Below are positions 62,062-64,000 of a DNA stretch of 64,000 nucleotides, in pieces. The notes beneath the pieces were generated by a model. The model worked only from the letters and a program-made list of their open reading frames with translations. It did no database searches and was not told where the DNA came from. This DNA is from Verrucomicrobiota bacterium. GTDB taxonomy: Bacteria; Verrucomicrobiota; Verrucomicrobiia; Opitutales; Coraliomargaritaceae. Numbering within the stretch: position 1 is the first letter of the stretch; every line of letters starts with the position of its first letter. Both the position numbers and the translations under genes were made by a program. The stretch lies in contig JBCBZJ010000001.1 in assembly GCA_039815375.1 (NCBI GenBank), forward strand, positions 32,001 to 96,000, in the 5' to 3' direction.

Positions 62062-64000
62062 ATGAAAACAAGAGCTTTAGATATGCCTATGCTCAACTCT
62101 CTCAAAGCGGAGCACCCGTGGAAATTGCGTCACAGCGGTGGTATTTTCCAGGCGCAGCTCGAGACGATAGAGGACCTCCGCGCGTTGGAGACGCTCGATC
62201 CAAAGCTTTGGGTCGCATTGAGCTGTCCGGTAAACGATCTCGAAATCGACACGAAGACGCTGGCCTTAATCGACTACGATGCCGATGGCCGAGTACGAAT
62301 TGAAGAGGTGCTCCAGGCAGTGCGCTGGACCTTGGCGCGCTTGGCTGAGCCTAAATCGCTCTTCGAGGGGGGTGACCTGCCGCTCGAGGCGATCCGCAGC
62401 GACGATGACGAGGGCAAGGCACTGCTCGCTTCTACAAAACAGATTCTCGCGAATACAGGCGCTCCTGAGGCGACGCATATCTCGGTGGCCCAATCAGCGA
62501 ATACGGCGAAGATCTTTGGCCAGTCGCGCTATAATGGAGATGGCGTTATTTCCAAGGATTCGGTCGAGAGCGAACCGTTGCAGCAGTTGATTCAGGAGGT
62601 CATCGATACGGTGGGGTCCTGTGCGGACCGAAGCGGCAATGAGGGCATCAACCAAGAGAAATTGAATCGCTTTTTCGACGAGCTGCAGGCTTACGTGGAT
62701 TGGTGGGCTCGGGGCGAGGCGAATTCGAATGACGAAGTCTTTCCGCTCAGCGAGTCGACACCGGTAGCATTTGGAGCGCTCACCGCGATTGAGGCGAAAG
62801 TGGACGATTTTTATGCGCGTTGCCAGCTTGCCGCTTTCGATCCCCGGGCGACCGATCCCTTGAACTGTGACGTGGCGCTCTACAAGACGATTGCCGCAAC
62901 GGACTTATCGATTCGGAACGCGGAGATTGAAGCACTGCCTCTTGCCAGAGTAGAGCCGGAGGCCGGGCTCCCCCTGCGTGGCGGTATCAACCATGAGTGG
63001 CAGAGTACCTTCGATGCCTTACTCACCAAGGTTATCGAGCCCTTGGGTCTTCGCGACGATGCAGTGCTCAGTCGCAGTAAATGGGATGAACTGAAACAGC
63101 GCTTTGCCGGCTACCGTAAGTGGCAACTTTCCAAGCCGGAGACATCGGTCGAGAAACTCGGCATTGCGCGGGCGCGCGAGCTTCTTGGCGGCGACCTCCG
63201 TCAGCAGATCGAAGCGATGCTGGCAGAAGATCTCGCACTTGCCCCTCGGATGAAATCGGTCGATGCGGTGGAGAAACTAGCGCGTTTGCATCGTGACCTG
63301 ATCTGCATCCTCAACAACTTTGTTAACTTCAACGATTTCTATTCGAAGGAAGAGAGTGCGATTTTTCAGGCGGGCACACTCTACCTCGACGGCCGCGAGT
63401 GTCGCCTTTCGCTCAAGGTGGCCGATCCGGGCAAGCACGCCGCACTTGCGGCGCTTTCGCGCGCTTTCGTGGTATACTGTAGTTGCCATCGTAAGGATAC
63501 CAAGGGGAAGTTTTATATCGCAGCTGTCTTTACTGCCGGCGACTCGGCTAATTTGATCGTTGGTCGTAACGGCGTCTTTATGGATCGGAAAGGGCTGCTT
63601 TGGGATACCACAGTGGTGCGTATCATTCAGAACCCGATCAGTATCGGTGAGGCCTTCCTGATGCCTTATGTGCGAGTGGGGCAGTTTATCGGTTCGCAAG
63701 TCGAGAAGTGGGCGGTGACACGTGATAAAGCGATCCAGAAGCAGCTCGAAACAGGCGTGCAAAACGTCGCCAGCGAGAAGGCTTCGACCGCGAAGCCCGA
63801 AAAGTCGGCCTCCTTGACTTCGCCGAGTGTCGGTGGGCTTGCCGGTATGCTCGCTGCGGGTGGGATTGCACTGGGTGCGCTTGGCGCCGGGCTGGCGTCG
63901 CTCTTTGAAACGATGAAGGCCCTGCCGCTTTGGCAGCTACCGTTGATTTTGATTAGCATCGTCCTCATGATCTCGCTGCCTTCGATGGTAATTGCGTGGT
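62062..64000 (+). CDS. Large hypothetical membrane protein with an EF-hand-like loop (runs off the window edge)
   Basis: Absent from the ORF track because it has no stop in the window. Open from ATG 62062 (alternatives 62083, 62089) for about 646 codons. Contains DYDADGRVRIEE and C-terminal hydrophobic segments. Confidence 0.88.
   Translation, partial: MKTRALDMPMLNSLKAEHPWKLRHSGGIFQAQLETIEDLRALETLDPKLWVALSCPVNDLEIDTKTLALIDYDADGRVRIEEVLQAVRWTLARLAEPKSLFEGGDLPLEAIRSDDDEGKALLASTKQILANTGAPEATHISVAQSANTAKIFGQSRYNGDGVISKDSVESEPLQQLIQEVIDTVGSCADRSGNEGINQEKLNRFFDELQAYVDWWARGEANSNDEVFPLSESTPVAFGALTAIEAKVDDFYARCQLAAFDPRATDPLNCDVALYKTIAATDLSIRNAEIEALPLARVEPEAGLPLRGGINHEWQSTFDALLTKVIEPLGLRDDAVLSRSKWDELKQRFAGYRKWQLSKPETSVEKLGIARARELLGGDLRQQIEAMLAEDLALAPRMKSVDAVEKLARLHRDLICILNNFVNFNDFYSKEESAIFQAGTLYLDGRECRLSLKVADPGKHAALAALSRAFVVYCSCHRKDTKGKFYIAAVFTAGDSANLIVGRNGVFMDRKGLLWDTTVVRIIQNPISIGEAFLMPYVRVGQFIGSQVEKWAVTRDKAIQKQLETGVQNVASEKASTAKPEKSASLTSPSVGGLAGMLAAGGIALGALGAGLASLFETMKALPLWQLPLILISIVLMISLPSMVIAW

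Overview
Mostly core-genome bacterial chromosome. Protein style and gene order suggest Verrucomicrobiota, probably Opitutales/Coraliomargarita-like (inference). The window holds about 55 CDS, the RNase P RNA and tRNA-Arg(CCT). Housekeeping genes include rpsT, yajC-secDF, recJ, pdxJ, nnr, dprA, dnaE, hisC, sua5, rpsR, rpmJ-rpmE2, comEC, rarA, lpdA, rpmF-plsX-fabH-bamD-lptE, uppP, trpD, glmM and glyQS. There are two distinct ExbB/ExbD/TonB-type motor operons, a beta-barrel/OPX/Wzc polysaccharide-export module, and a more accessory right end (53-64 kb) with small exported proteins, a two-component system and a large edge-truncated EF-hand-like membrane protein missing from the ORF track. I found no CRISPR array, integrase, transposase, prophage or recognisable defence system. 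The most notable items are: (1) wzc split by a 2-nt slip in a TC repeat and carrying an extra N-terminal Gly-Tyr cluster; (2) a 281-bp MITE-like element with terminal inverted repeats, a TTCAA duplication and a second partial copy 32 kb away; (3) an orphan TPR-ExbB-ExbD-TonB-like motor with no visible cargo; (4) 11-bp-period OmpR/PhoB-type boxes; (5) a mini PilC-like protein and a CxxC insertion in a cupin. All calls come from reading motifs by eye; no searches were run.
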